DNA from: a virus
Taxonomy: Duplodnaviria > Caudoviricetes
IMG/VR virus record: IMGVR_UViG_3300006139_000004
Location: 69,492-133,491 of that record
DNA: 64,000 nt
Direction: 5' to 3' (one strand)
Shown here piece after piece: positions 49,675-59,783 of the stretch (within the stretch, counting starts at the first letter, position 1; each line of letters opens with the position of its first letter). The notes under the pieces are model-generated. The model was not told the origin of the DNA, made no database searches, and saw only the letters and a program-made list of their open reading frames with translations. Both the position numbers and the translations under genes were made by a program.

Positions 49675-50319
49675 TTATGTTGAACTCAACACAGTAGACA
49701 CCAACTCAGAATAGTTCATATTCTTCAGTGCCTCAGTCATATCCGCAGCCGTTCCAACATGAGAAATTGTTTCCATAAGTTGCTGACCAGTAGCAACAAA
49801 CATGGCAACGCCGTTTTCAATTTCCTCTCTGGCCTTAGTCAAAATCTGCCGCTCTTGACTAAACTGCATCTGCTTCCGATATTCCAACTTATCACATACC
49901 ATCTGACGAAGCCCCTGAATCAACTGCTGATACGAATTATCCTTGACATTGGCAACAAGATTGATTGCCTTACAAAGTTCATACGTCTTATCAATATCCA
50001 GAACATCTTCGGTGCTACCATCATCAAGAGTAAGAGACTTTTCAAATACGGGTACATTCGTAGTCATCTGGAGTAAAGTGATCATAAACACAGCATCCAA
50101 AATTTGAGGAATAAAATCGCCATTTGAATCAAAACAAGCATTTACGACACGATCAACAAAAGCACCTTGCTCATCTACACTCATTTCATTTTTAATGAGA
50201 ATTTCCATCAAAACAGCATCTCCGTTATCAGGATCAGTAAGGGTGAGTACAACATTAGTCTTATGATTCTTATAAACGTCCATCAGCGCATTAACAGACT
50301 TCTTTGTAATTTTACTCAT
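49675..50319 (-). CDS. Hypothetical protein (possible tail chaperone)
   Basis: Between tail tube and TMP. Confidence 0.55.
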   Translation of the reverse strand: MSKITKKSVNALMDVYKNHKTNVVLTLTDPDNGDAVLMEILIKNEMSVDEQGAFVDRVVNACFDSNGDFIPQILDAVFMITLLQMTTNVPVFEKSLTLDDGSTEDVLDIDKTYELCKAINLVANVKDNSYQQLIQGLRQMVCDKLEYRKQMQFSQERQILTKAREEIENGVAMFVATGQQLMETISHVGTAADMTEALKNMNYSELVSTVLSST

Positions 50320-50320
50320 A

Positions 50321-50779
50321 TCAATTCTCCTTTAAAAAAATATTTGTAATTTCAATTTCTGTACGTGGATTATCTTTATCCACATAACATTCCAGAGTCA
50401 ATGAAGTTAGATGAGTGCTATCATCATCAACTAAAAACCCGCTCTCTGTAAATCCATCTAAAATGAATTTAGGAGAAGCGGAATCAACATCATGCCTACG
50501 ATTTGTTTTATAATATGTAATAAATTTCATTTCACATTTTTCAATGTGTAGGTTAGTATAACCTTGTTCTTTTACGAACCAAACTATGAAATCTTTCCAT
50601 CTTTGTTTAAGTGCGTTCATCATAGGTCTTTTCATAATCATCCATTGATTCATAAGAGGATGATACGGATTATCTATTGGCTTTTTTGATGCTTTAGGAT
50701 GTAATTTGAAATATAGCCGTTCATAATTAGCTAATGTTTCATTGTCGATTATAAGTTTCAAATCATTATACATATTCAA
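50321..50779 (-). CDS. RusA-like Holliday junction resolvase
   Basis: RRHDVDS..PKFILDG...LVDDD, NPRTEI. Confidence 0.75.
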   Translation of the reverse strand: MNMYNDLKLIIDNETLANYERLYFKLHPKASKKPIDNPYHPLMNQWMIMKRPMMNALKQRWKDFIVWFVKEQGYTNLHIEKCEMKFITYYKTNRRHDVDSASPKFILDGFTESGFLVDDDSTHLTSLTLECYVDKDNPRTEIEITNIFLKEN

Positions 50780-50840
50780 TCGTCATTTAATTCCTCCATA
50801 ATAATAAGTGGGAGGGTAATCAAAGCACCCTCCCAACCTT

Positions 50841-51149
50841 TTATTCTTCAGTTTCGTCCATTGCATCTTCGATTGCAACGACTTCACGCCGCTTACCACG
50901 TGTGCGCTTTGGTGTCTCTTTCACAGTCTCGTCCTCTGCCTTTGATTCATCCGTAGACACTGTTGCGTCCGGGGTTTTCTCAACAGTGAACTCCTGCCTT
51001 GCGGCCTGAACACGGCGCAAGTATTCTGCGCCGCACTCAGGACTACACGCAAGACTATGATAATTAAAAGCACTAATCACAGCACTTGGTTTATTACAAG
51101 GGACGAACATTTTGCCACATACCCTACATGGAATAGCACGTGCCGCCAT
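50841..51149 (-). CDS. Zn-finger protein with charged tail
   Basis: CRVCGK..C...CSPEC. Confidence 0.6.
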   Translation of the reverse strand: MAARAIPCRVCGKMFVPCNKPSAVISAFNYHSLACSPECGAEYLRRVQAARQEFTVEKTPDATVSTDESKAEDETVKETPKRTRGKRREVVAIEDAMDETEE

Positions 51150-51172
51150 GTCAAATCACCTCACAAATCAAA

Positions 51173-51976
51173 TTACGCAGTGTCCTCCTGCTCACCGAAC
51201 ACAGTCATATCCCAGAACTTAGTGCCACCATTAGTACAAGCGGAAGCCAAACTGGTAGCCTCGAAACCGTGAGTAGTCTGACTATCGCCCATAGCAAGAT
51301 CGAAAGAGCCAGTAAAGTCAGCATAAGGAATGTAGAACTGAACATGATAAATATTGTGACACTTATCTTCAGCCAGAGCATCTACATACATCTCAACAGT
51401 CTCGGAATAATTATCAGAGATGTTGGAAACAACATCACCCTCGACATTGCGAGTATAGTACACAACAATAGACGTACCATCGGCAATCTCACCATCAGCA
51501 AAAGTCAGTTCCTTAGTAGCAGGATCGTAAGCAAACTTACCAGTAGCAGCAGTAGCATCCTGAGTCAGACGCTTATTGATAGTGCTATCAGCGTTCTTAA
51601 CAATGACTTCCTGAATCTCATTGCCAGCAGTACCCACGGCCTTAAAATTAGTAGTAGCCTTGTTGCTATTCACAGTAAGATAATCAGGAATCTTGACAGG
51701 AGTGGCGGTCTTGTGTTCGCCAGCAGAACCAACCTCAACCTCAACCAGACCCATAGACACCATACCATTTGTGCCAGACACAGTAACAGACTTATTACGC
51801 TTCAACTGACCAATGGTGCGACCACCCTTACCAGTCAGAGCGGTGTTGTCCTGACTATTGGCAATAGTAGCGTTCTGCAATTCATCCAGAGTAAACCGAT
51901 GAGTACCACCGTTGATACCGAAAGCCATAATAGTCTCAAGACTTGTAATAGACAGGTCATTCACATTAACAGACAT
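51173..51976 (-). CDS. Major tail (tube) protein
   Basis: Position, size, strong codon bias, beta-rich. Confidence 0.7.
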   Translation of the reverse strand: MSVNVNDLSITSLETIMAFGINGGTHRFTLDELQNATIANSQDNTALTGKGGRTIGQLKRNKSVTVSGTNGMVSMGLVEVEVGSAGEHKTATPVKIPDYLTVNSNKATTNFKAVGTAGNEIQEVIVKNADSTINKRLTQDATAATGKFAYDPATKELTFADGEIADGTSIVVYYTRNVEGDVVSNISDNYSETVEMYVDALAEDKCHNIYHVQFYIPYADFTGSFDLAMGDSQTTHGFEATSLASACTNGGTKFWDMTVFGEQEDTA

Positions 51977-52019
51977 ATTATCGTCCTCCTTTATTTTTGT
52001 AATAAAAAAGCACCAGACA

Positions 52020-52748
52020 TTAATCTGGTGACAGCCAACTTAATTTTTCGAGATCAATTTTGTTCAAATCTACCGTACCAAAATAAGCACCGTTCATTGT
52101 TTGTTCCCAATGCTTTTTCTTCTGAATTTGTCGCCAACTCGCATTTAGTTTGTATATACTCAAATCCATCACAGTATCATAGTTATACTTAAATTCCTCA
52201 GTATTCACCAAAGAAATAATGATACCCTCCAGAAAAGATTTATATGGTTTCTTTGCAAGTCGTTGTTTTTTTAGTCGTTTGCGTTCAATCAGATACCTTT
52301 TCGCCTCATTATTACCAGCCTGTCCAAGAGGTGCTTCCCAAAAATGTATTTTGCGAATTGCATTACATATCTCCAGCGCAATCATTTGGTCAATCACAAT
52401 ATCATTCGTAGGATCATAAAATACACGTTCGCCATTTTTTGTGTTTTTGGCAGCTTTGAAATTTTTCAAATCCAAATTGCCAAATAGGATTTCTGTATTT
52501 TCCTCATTTGCCGCAATAGACTCCATCATCAAAAGAAATAACTGATAATTAGTAATTGATTCATAATCAATCCCTATATCATCTAACTCCACCATTAAAT
52601 CAAATGGCGTAGCTATCAATGTTTGCACAATGCTATAATACTTCTGATCTCCAAAGTCAAAAATCTCATTCACGGTTGGTACATGAACTGCGATTTTATC
52701 ATTTATCTCATAATCGCTGATACGAAGTAAATTAGGTTTCTGTACCAT
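52020..52748 (-). CDS. Tail-region protein (chaperone-like)
   Basis: Operon position. Confidence 0.55.
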   Translation of the reverse strand: MVQKPNLLRISDYEINDKIAVHVPTVNEIFDFGDQKYYSIVQTLIATPFDLMVELDDIGIDYESITNYQLFLLMMESIAANEENTEILFGNLDLKNFKAAKNTKNGERVFYDPTNDIVIDQMIALEICNAIRKIHFWEAPLGQAGNNEAKRYLIERKRLKKQRLAKKPYKSFLEGIIISLVNTEEFKYNYDTVMDLSIYKLNASWRQIQKKKHWEQTMNGAYFGTVDLNKIDLEKLSWLSPD

Positions 52749-53239
52749 TACTTAGCACCAGACCTCAGATCACCATTGATTGTCGGACGATTAAACTCCG
52801 ACACCGTATATTCCAGAGCAATACCATGAAAAGTTGAAGCAGGACTAATATCATCCATTCCATACAACTTCATTCGACCAACTCCCAAATCCATCGAACC
52901 ATTAAACAATGTCTCTAATCTTTCTCCAATTAAATCAGGCCGCAGCCCATTACTGGTGCGGATATTATCTTGATGACAAAAAATATAGAAAACAATATTT
53001 ACAGTTTTAAATGTCTTGTTTTGCACTTCTGGAATATAAATCCTAAAACAAATGTAGTTATTTGTATCTTTCGTTACATCAGGAGTATAAGCATATGGAA
53101 AAATATTTTTGTACATCAAAGACCGATCTGGAATTGCAGAATTAGGCGTATCAGTTATCAGGTCTACAATTTCCTGATCGCTGCAAAGCAATTTCATAAT
53201 CTTGCTTCTGTACTCGGTCAATTCTTTGCATAAAGCCAT
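52748..53239 (-). CDS. Putative tail completion protein
   Basis: Position; KNIFPY, RPDLI. Confidence 0.55.
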   Translation of the reverse strand: MALCKELTEYRSKIMKLLCSDQEIVDLITDTPNSAIPDRSLMYKNIFPYAYTPDVTKDTNNYICFRIYIPEVQNKTFKTVNIVFYIFCHQDNIRTSNGLRPDLIGERLETLFNGSMDLGVGRMKLYGMDDISPASTFHGIALEYTVSEFNRPTINGDLRSGAK

Positions 53240-53250
53240 ATCATTTCACC

Positions 53251-54024
53251 TCAAATCCACATATCGGTCTTTGTCTCTAACTCTGCGCCTGTTCCAACAG
53301 GATCAGGAACATAATCTGCAATCATCAATTCTTTGTTGTCAACCTTCGGATTAAACTGATCTTCATACAAAGTGAACGCAATAAATCCATGCTCGTTAGC
53401 ATCTGAATATGATACAGTGTCAGCCTGTTTGACAACGTATGCTGTAGGATTGACTTGATTACGGTCAACCAAAAACCTAACACCATTATCAATCAAAATA
53501 GTATGCTTATCATATGTAATGTACATAAGCATCTGCGTTGTACCAACCGTCATTTTCAATTCATCATCATAACGCTCAGTTTCGCCGCTGCCATACTGTG
53601 TAGAGTTCAAGATGCTTACAGGGTATTCAACAATCTCATGATTCAGCGGAGAGTAGAATTTTATATAGTGATTGCAGAATCGTAAAGTCCCCTCAAACTG
53701 AATACCATGTAAATTGTTAGCCTCAAGGCACATCCAATAACCATGTTCAGGCCAAGGAATTACATCACCCTTATAAATAGGCTCATGTATCATCGTTTGA
53801 ATTTGTGCCTGTTCAGGAGAAGTTGAACGATATGTTTCCTGATAAATCCTTGGATGCAAAATTCGTTCACTATTCCAGACTTGTACCCCATCTGGAATAT
53901 AAGAAGGATCGTCTGCGAAAGTATGTCGTACCAAGTGCAACGAGTTTTCAATTTGCTCATTTCGCATAGTATTACCACCAGCGTTCATTCTACGAAGAAA
54001 ATTCTGATAACCTCCCACAGACAA
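53251..54024 (-). CDS. Putative head closure/neck protein
   Basis: Position after connector. Confidence 0.5.
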   Translation of the reverse strand: MSVGGYQNFLRRMNAGGNTMRNEQIENSLHLVRHTFADDPSYIPDGVQVWNSERILHPRIYQETYRSTSPEQAQIQTMIHEPIYKGDVIPWPEHGYWMCLEANNLHGIQFEGTLRFCNHYIKFYSPLNHEIVEYPVSILNSTQYGSGETERYDDELKMTVGTTQMLMYITYDKHTILIDNGVRFLVDRNQVNPTAYVVKQADTVSYSDANEHGFIAFTLYEDQFNPKVDNKELMIADYVPDPVGTGAELETKTDMWI

Positions 54025-54032
54025 TCACCTCC

Positions 54033-54449
54033 TTACATATCTTGTTTAATCCAACGATAACGAGACAATAAGGTTTCGTTATCTTTTCGATACATTTCAC
54101 GCATAGCAACCATTTTTTCTAATTGGTTTGCTGGCGAAAAAGCATTGAAGTCCTTACTTGAAAGTGTCTGTTTAAGTGCAAGAGGAACACGAATATAGTT
54201 ACTGTCAAGATAAGCAATTACCATGTAATTAGCCAATATTTCAATTTCAGTATCCGTCAACGTGACTTCAAACTTCCTTTTGTTCCTTTTACTCAAATCT
54301 TGTTTGCATCCCCTAAAAGATGCAATCGCTGGACGCAAATAATCTGAAAGAACCTCATAAATATCGGTTTCTTCCAGATTCAAGAAGTCATAGTCTTTAA
54401 TTTTTGATAGAACACTTTCGTAAAGAACTGTAAAAGGTGTACCTTTCAT
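54033..54449 (-). CDS. Putative head-tail adaptor
   Basis: TPF..Y..LSKIKDY, EIEILA, KDF.FSPAN. Confidence 0.6.
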   Translation of the reverse strand: MKGTPFTVLYESVLSKIKDYDFLNLEETDIYEVLSDYLRPAIASFRGCKQDLSKRNKRKFEVTLTDTEIEILANYMVIAYLDSNYIRVPLALKQTLSSKDFNAFSPANQLEKMVAMREMYRKDNETLLSRYRWIKQDM

Positions 54450-54462
54450 GGCTCACCTCCCA

Positions 54463-55002
54463 TTACACATACTGCATTAACTCAACACCTAAATGCTTTT
54501 CAAGGCAACGAATGATTTTTACGTTCTCAATTTTACCATTCTTAACAGCATCCTCAACCTTATGAGTCAATCCAGTCTTAGCATCATTGCTCAACCCGGA
54601 AAGCAGTTCCTCGACCTCTTTCACATCAGACCCATACAGTTTCCGCATATCCCCACGATTCATGTTGTTTGCATAAACCTTATCAAGACCTAATTTCTTA
54701 ACAACATTTTTATCAATGGGCAGCAACCACTTATCATTAAAATACCTTGGATGCTTAGTTTTCATCATCCTAAGTTGCTTGTAAGTCATCTCCTGAATAT
54801 CACCGACTTCCACCCAAGCAAAACTCTCAAAAGTCGTTGTACAAGTGTAGTATACCGCAGGAACAAGCGACTTGACAGAAACCTTTGTATCATCATTCAA
54901 AGTGGTAGAAGTGGCAGGAGCAACTTTCTTTGAAGCTGCCCCATCAGGAATTTCGGTTTTCACCTTATTCTCAATATCCTGTGCCATTAAAACGCCTCCC
55001 AA
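54463..55002 (-). CDS. Hypothetical protein following capsid
   Basis: Operon ORF. Confidence 0.6.
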   Translation of the reverse strand: MGGVLMAQDIENKVKTEIPDGAASKKVAPATSTTLNDDTKVSVKSLVPAVYYTCTTTFESFAWVEVGDIQEMTYKQLRMMKTKHPRYFNDKWLLPIDKNVVKKLGLDKVYANNMNRGDMRKLYGSDVKEVEELLSGLSNDAKTGLTHKVEDAVKNGKIENVKIIRCLEKHLGVELMQYV

Positions 55003-55020
55003 ATTTTATTTATTATTAGA

Positions 55021-56100
55021 TTAAGCCAACTCCCAATCACCAACAATCCCGCCATAGATAACAGCCAGACCAGCCTTAACCTGAATCTGACCCTCAAGAG
55101 TCATATCCATGTTTTCACGACTATCGGTAATTTCCTTCAGGCGGGAATCGCCCTCAAACACAAACTTGATGGGCTTTGCATTATTTGCCAGCAAAATCAA
55201 GCGAGTGCTGGACAGAGCAAAGTCAAACGTACCCTGTTTAAATACCTGCGGAATAGGCATCAGATCGTAACCTTCCCAACTGGAAATAACGCCATTACGA
55301 TTACGCTGCTCCTTGGCAGACTCAGGAATCCAATTCTCATCAATATTCTTCTGCAACTTACGCAAAGCCGCACCAGTACCAACAATAATAGGCTTCACAC
55401 CATTATTGGCAGCAGACACCTTATCCAGCAATGTCAGAAGCTCATCACGCTCAGTATCGGTGGACAACGCACCACGACCAGTAAAACCATCAGGCACAAG
55501 ATCGCTCATATTGGTAAATGCCACATACGCTGCACTCTGGAACGCTTGCAAGAAGGACTTACGAGCCTTATCCAGCAACTTAGCCCAAGAGTCAATGTTC
55601 TTCATGAACCGCTCAAACTCATTGTAAAAATGCACGTCCCACCAAGTAGTCTCAACACTAAACTCAGCCCCTAAATCCATGCGCTCACGGTTGGTATCCC
55701 AATGATTACCGCTAAACTTAGATACCACAAAGTAACCATTGTCCTCGGCGTAGAACTCATTCTTATCACCTAAGTCAACACGAATAGTCTCAACAAAACG
55801 ATCAAAGAATTCATTCTCTTTCCAGCCCTCCGGCAAAGTCTGATCAAGAGTGGTTTCAAGAATTTCATAAATATCGTTCTTATACTTACGATAAGTACGA
55901 TAATTGTACTTCTCACCATGCAGAATTTCTTTCTCAAAACGGTCACGGATTTCATCATCCATGCTCCGATTACTGGTATCCACATTCCCAGCAACATAAT
56001 TACCAAGATCACCAGTATAATGATCAACACCAAGGGCGATCAACTGCTGCTTCTCAGTAGAGAAATTAGCCAGCTTACTCATATCACAAGCCATATTCAC
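55021..56100 (-). CDS. Major capsid protein
   Basis: 359 aa, position in head operon, strong codon bias. Confidence 0.8.
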   Translation of the reverse strand: MNMACDMSKLANFSTEKQQLIALGVDHYTGDLGNYVAGNVDTSNRSMDDEIRDRFEKEILHGEKYNYRTYRKYKNDIYEILETTLDQTLPEGWKENEFFDRFVETIRVDLGDKNEFYAEDNGYFVVSKFSGNHWDTNRERMDLGAEFSVETTWWDVHFYNEFERFMKNIDSWAKLLDKARKSFLQAFQSAAYVAFTNMSDLVPDGFTGRGALSTDTERDELLTLLDKVSAANNGVKPIIVGTGAALRKLQKNIDENWIPESAKEQRNRNGVISSWEGYDLMPIPQVFKQGTFDFALSSTRLILLANNAKPIKFVFEGDSRLKEITDSRENMDMTLEGQIQVKAGLAVIYGGIVGDWELA

Positions 56101-56129
56101 ATACCTCGCTTTCTAAATTAAACATTCAA

Positions 56130-56714
56130 TTAAACAATATCGTTGCGAATGACACGCAGCAAATACATATTATATGAACGACCATAAGTAGTGCCATTCT
56201 TAGTAGTAAAACCAAAACCACGCTGAAGTTTTACGCCTGTAATCTGAGCGTAGAAACCCTGATCAGCAATACCAGACTCATCGACAACCTTCAACGTATC
56301 CTTTCCATGCTGTGCAATAACATATTTACCAACAGCAATTTCAGACTCATCAGCAACGTCAAAAGCACCCACAGAAACAGAATACTGATCCTCAGCAAAT
56401 AAGTCATAAGCCCTAAAAGGACGCCCAGCCTCATTAATATAATTAGAAAGAGCCTGATTGCTCTTGCGACTCTCATCATAATCCCACTCAGGATTTGCAA
56501 CCAGAACAACTTTGCGCTTATTAATCAAAGCAGTAGTAGGAGCCTCATATTCATGAGTTTCTACACCATCAATATCAGTAGCCAAATCGCCCACATAACA
56601 AATGTGACCATTCTCCACATCCACATCGGCAATCAGACTGTGCAAATGACCGCCACCACGAACAGCAGCAATCTTGGAAGTTTCCACAACAGTATAATTC
56701 TTATCCATAGTCAT
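56130..56714 (-). CDS. Putative capsid decoration protein
   Basis: Between protease/scaffold and capsid; VENG motif. Confidence 0.55.
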   Translation of the reverse strand: MTMDKNYTVVETSKIAAVRGGGHLHSLIADVDVENGHICYVGDLATDIDGVETHEYEAPTTALINKRKVVLVANPEWDYDESRKSNQALSNYINEAGRPFRAYDLFAEDQYSVSVGAFDVADESEIAVGKYVIAQHGKDTLKVVDESGIADQGFYAQITGVKLQRGFGFTTKNGTTYGRSYNMYLLRVIRNDIV

Positions 56715-56730
56715 ATTACCTCACTTTCAA

Positions 56731-58191
56731 TTATTGTTTCTTTGTAGGCAGCACACCATAGCGAGAACTAACTTCTGCCTTAGGGGTCTGCTCAAATACA
56801 TCCGCTACCATAGGAGCGGCCTCTTTAGTCTTACGACTGAAATTAGCGTTCAAGTTCTTCTTTGTAAACATCACGGCACACTGAGCCTGAATTTCCTCCA
56901 AAGAATACTCATCCCGCTTTTCTTTGAGTGTGGTGTATTCAGCAACATCACTTAAATGCTGATCAAACTGCTTAAACTCTGCATCCTTTGCGGCATCCAC
57001 AGCAGCCTTCTCACGCTCGGCCTCTGCCTTAACATAAGCATCATACTTAGGTTTCATCTCATCATAGTCATTCTTAACCTGACTATAATTAGCCTCGGCA
57101 GTATCTTTACTTTCATTTGCAGCATCAATCTGTGCAGACATATATGTAGCAAAATCGGACATTGCTTTTTCAAACACAAACTGCTCCGCATCTTCTGCGC
57201 CTTCCTCGAAATCAGAATAAGTAGTCTTTTTACGACAAGCAGACGCAAAATCAATAGTAATCTTGTCGCCATCCATAGTGTACTTCATACCATACAATCT
57301 ATAATGGTCAGCACGATCCATCACAATAATCTCATCACTCTGAACATCAACAAAGCAATATTGAGAACATTCATAACCCCAACTGTCACGATATTTCTTC
57401 TCGCCCAGCACAGCATAAATCTCATCAATCTGCTCCATTAAATTCAAAGTGAAATTTGTATCAGGAATTTTAGGCATTTCTCCAGCCTCCTTTTCACTAT
57501 TTTCATTTAACTTTTCAACAGTCATGCTATACTCAGTCAGCTTATCCTTAATCTCTTGTGCGATAGTATGCGCTGTAAATTCCTTTGGAACAGCCTTGCT
57601 ATCAATCATTGCTGGCTGAATACGATCATCTGTTGAAGATAACAGGCAACATCCATCAAACTTAAAGCCAGTGAATGTAAATGTCCCATCATCGTTTTCC
57701 TCGCCAGTGATTGAAGAAAGTTCAAGTTCCATACTCTGAGGCTTACCGCCATCACGATTAAAAATTGTAATTGCATCATCAAATTTAGTCCACAATAGGG
57801 CATCAACTTGAAAGAACTCACGGCAAATTCCATCGGAACAAACTTTTTCAATCCAACGATAGTTACATGACTCTGGAATTACACCATAGGCAGAACCAGC
57901 ATATACATAATCTGTACCATCATTACTCTTAACGGCTTTATACTCATGACCCTGAAAGTCTAACTCTCCGTCTGGATTCAGAGCGATATACCCCAACACT
58001 GGAGTATTCATGATGCTATCGGCATTTGCATCAACCACTTCTTTGTCAAAAATACTGCCATTAAAATTCAATCCTGTGTGTAATACATCAATCGTTATGG
58101 CAAGAAAACGAGAATCTTCAGTATCCACACAGCTATTGATCGTAAACGACACTGGCAACCTATTTCGTTCATGACCCACTTTCCCCATCAC
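56731..58191 (-). CDS. Prohead protease-scaffold protein
   Basis: H.G.N.NGS, QSMEL, CLL..PAM, then acidic coiled coil. Confidence 0.7.
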   Translation of the reverse strand: MMGKVGHERNRLPVSFTINSCVDTEDSRFLAITIDVLHTGLNFNGSIFDKEVVDANADSIMNTPVLGYIALNPDGELDFQGHEYKAVKSNDGTDYVYAGSAYGVIPESCNYRWIEKVCSDGICREFFQVDALLWTKFDDAITIFNRDGGKPQSMELELSSITGEENDDGTFTFTGFKFDGCCLLSSTDDRIQPAMIDSKAVPKEFTAHTIAQEIKDKLTEYSMTVEKLNENSEKEAGEMPKIPDTNFTLNLMEQIDEIYAVLGEKKYRDSWGYECSQYCFVDVQSDEIIVMDRADHYRLYGMKYTMDGDKITIDFASACRKKTTYSDFEEGAEDAEQFVFEKAMSDFATYMSAQIDAANESKDTAEANYSQVKNDYDEMKPKYDAYVKAEAEREKAAVDAAKDAEFKQFDQHLSDVAEYTTLKEKRDEYSLEEIQAQCAVMFTKKNLNANFSRKTKEAAPMVADVFEQTPKAEVSSRYGVLPTKKQ

Positions 58192-58230
58192 CGCCTTTCT
58201 TTATATTTTAATAACGCCCAATGGACGGTA

Positions 58231-59766
58231 TTAACGATTAAGATTTGTCTCATTATCTCTTGTAATTTCACCACTCTCATCAATATCCTGCCCCTTACTC
58301 TCATTTGTAGGGCGACCTGTAATTTCATCTCCAGTAGCAGTATAAGAAGTTTGCAATGGTACAAATTTCTCATGCAACTTGAGTACAGTATTTTCTAATA
58401 AGAGTGAACCAATAATTCTACTCGGACTTTTACCAAGAGCAACACCATAATCAATCTTAAACGGCTCTCCATTTTGAGCCGCTTTCAGCATAGCATCAGC
58501 CACATCATTTCGATTAAAAACAGTAGAATCTTGTATTCTCAATGCAAATTTAAATTGTGGCTTATTGAACTTACGCAGTTTAATGAACCGTGTAAATACA
58601 CGTTCTACTTGCCGATAAAAGCCATAAATAAAAGCGGCATCATTCTCAATCGACATTTTCATTGCCGTCGCAGATGATCCGCTATTGAACAACTCTTTTG
58701 TGACACCAGCATTATCATATAAATTAGTAATAGCATCACTCAGATTATTCGCAGTATTCGCATTGTCCTTAAAGCTAACTGCTGTGGCCTTTCCGGGAGC
58801 ATGAATCAATCCAACATCTTCTGGCATATTTGCTTTGTTCATTTCTGCAAATACAGCCAAAGTTTCATCTGTAAGCAACGGTTTGTCTACAGCATCCTCA
58901 TCAATAGGGATTTCAATAACAATAGCCTTATAATTATCAACCCTTGCTTTCTGCAATTTCAATTTCTTGTATGTATCTAAGTCCAAAATATCCTTAATAA
59001 GTCCAAGCAAAAATGGCATCGGAGTAATAGAGTTTTCATTAAACTTAAAACACATCTGCTTATCTGCTGGTGGGACAAACCATCCATCAAAATAAGAATT
59101 TCCATTTCGGTAATCTAAATATGCCTGTTTGACATAATCAGGATATGAACCAATATGCAACGGGTTAATTCCGCTTAATTGTATCTTGAAATTAAACACG
59201 CCATCTTGTACCTGACAAATCTTGCAAATAGACGGATTGATTGACAAAACAAAAAAGTCTGAACTATCTTCAAAAATCAATCCATAAAATACATCCTGCA
59301 TGGGTAGAACACTCATGATTTTTAACATTTCATGTTTGAAACCCATCTTTTCAAATTCAGAACACACATTTGCATATGCGTCCCTCAATTTCATTTGCTT
59401 TTCTTCACTATCCAATTCGCTCTCTTTAACGTCATACACATCAATATTGTAATTAAACAGTCCCATTTTCCCAAAATAGTTATTCAAACGCATATAGAAT
59501 TGTGAAGTATACATGAGATAATGGCTTATCTCAATTAACATCATAGGATTGCTTGTTGGATTTTCAAGCGCATCAGCAATTCGTTCTAAAGAATAGCCTT
59601 TAATTTTATGAGACTTCAGAACATCAGTATTTGTACACAAATCATGAATCATCAATCGTTTGAATCCCGCTAAGTCAAGACGGCTTTTGCCATTTTCGGT
59701 TTCCTCAAAACGTTTTACATCTTTGTCATAATCCAAACTTGAGTAAATTACTTTTGTTACTGGCAT
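58231..59766 (-). CDS. Portal protein
   Basis: 511 aa after TerL; C-terminal GRP. Confidence 0.75.
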   Translation of the reverse strand: MPVTKVIYSSLDYDKDVKRFEETENGKSRLDLAGFKRLMIHDLCTNTDVLKSHKIKGYSLERIADALENPTSNPMMLIEISHYLMYTSQFYMRLNNYFGKMGLFNYNIDVYDVKESELDSEEKQMKLRDAYANVCSEFEKMGFKHEMLKIMSVLPMQDVFYGLIFEDSSDFFVLSINPSICKICQVQDGVFNFKIQLSGINPLHIGSYPDYVKQAYLDYRNGNSYFDGWFVPPADKQMCFKFNENSITPMPFLLGLIKDILDLDTYKKLKLQKARVDNYKAIVIEIPIDEDAVDKPLLTDETLAVFAEMNKANMPEDVGLIHAPGKATAVSFKDNANTANNLSDAITNLYDNAGVTKELFNSGSSATAMKMSIENDAAFIYGFYRQVERVFTRFIKLRKFNKPQFKFALRIQDSTVFNRNDVADAMLKAAQNGEPFKIDYGVALGKSPSRIIGSLLLENTVLKLHEKFVPLQTSYTATGDEITGRPTNESKGQDIDESGEITRDNETNLNR

Positions 59767-59783
59767 TATATCACCGTCCTTTC

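Noticed and set aside
51140-52192. 350-aa + strand ORF
   Set aside because: Antisense shadow of the tail tube gene
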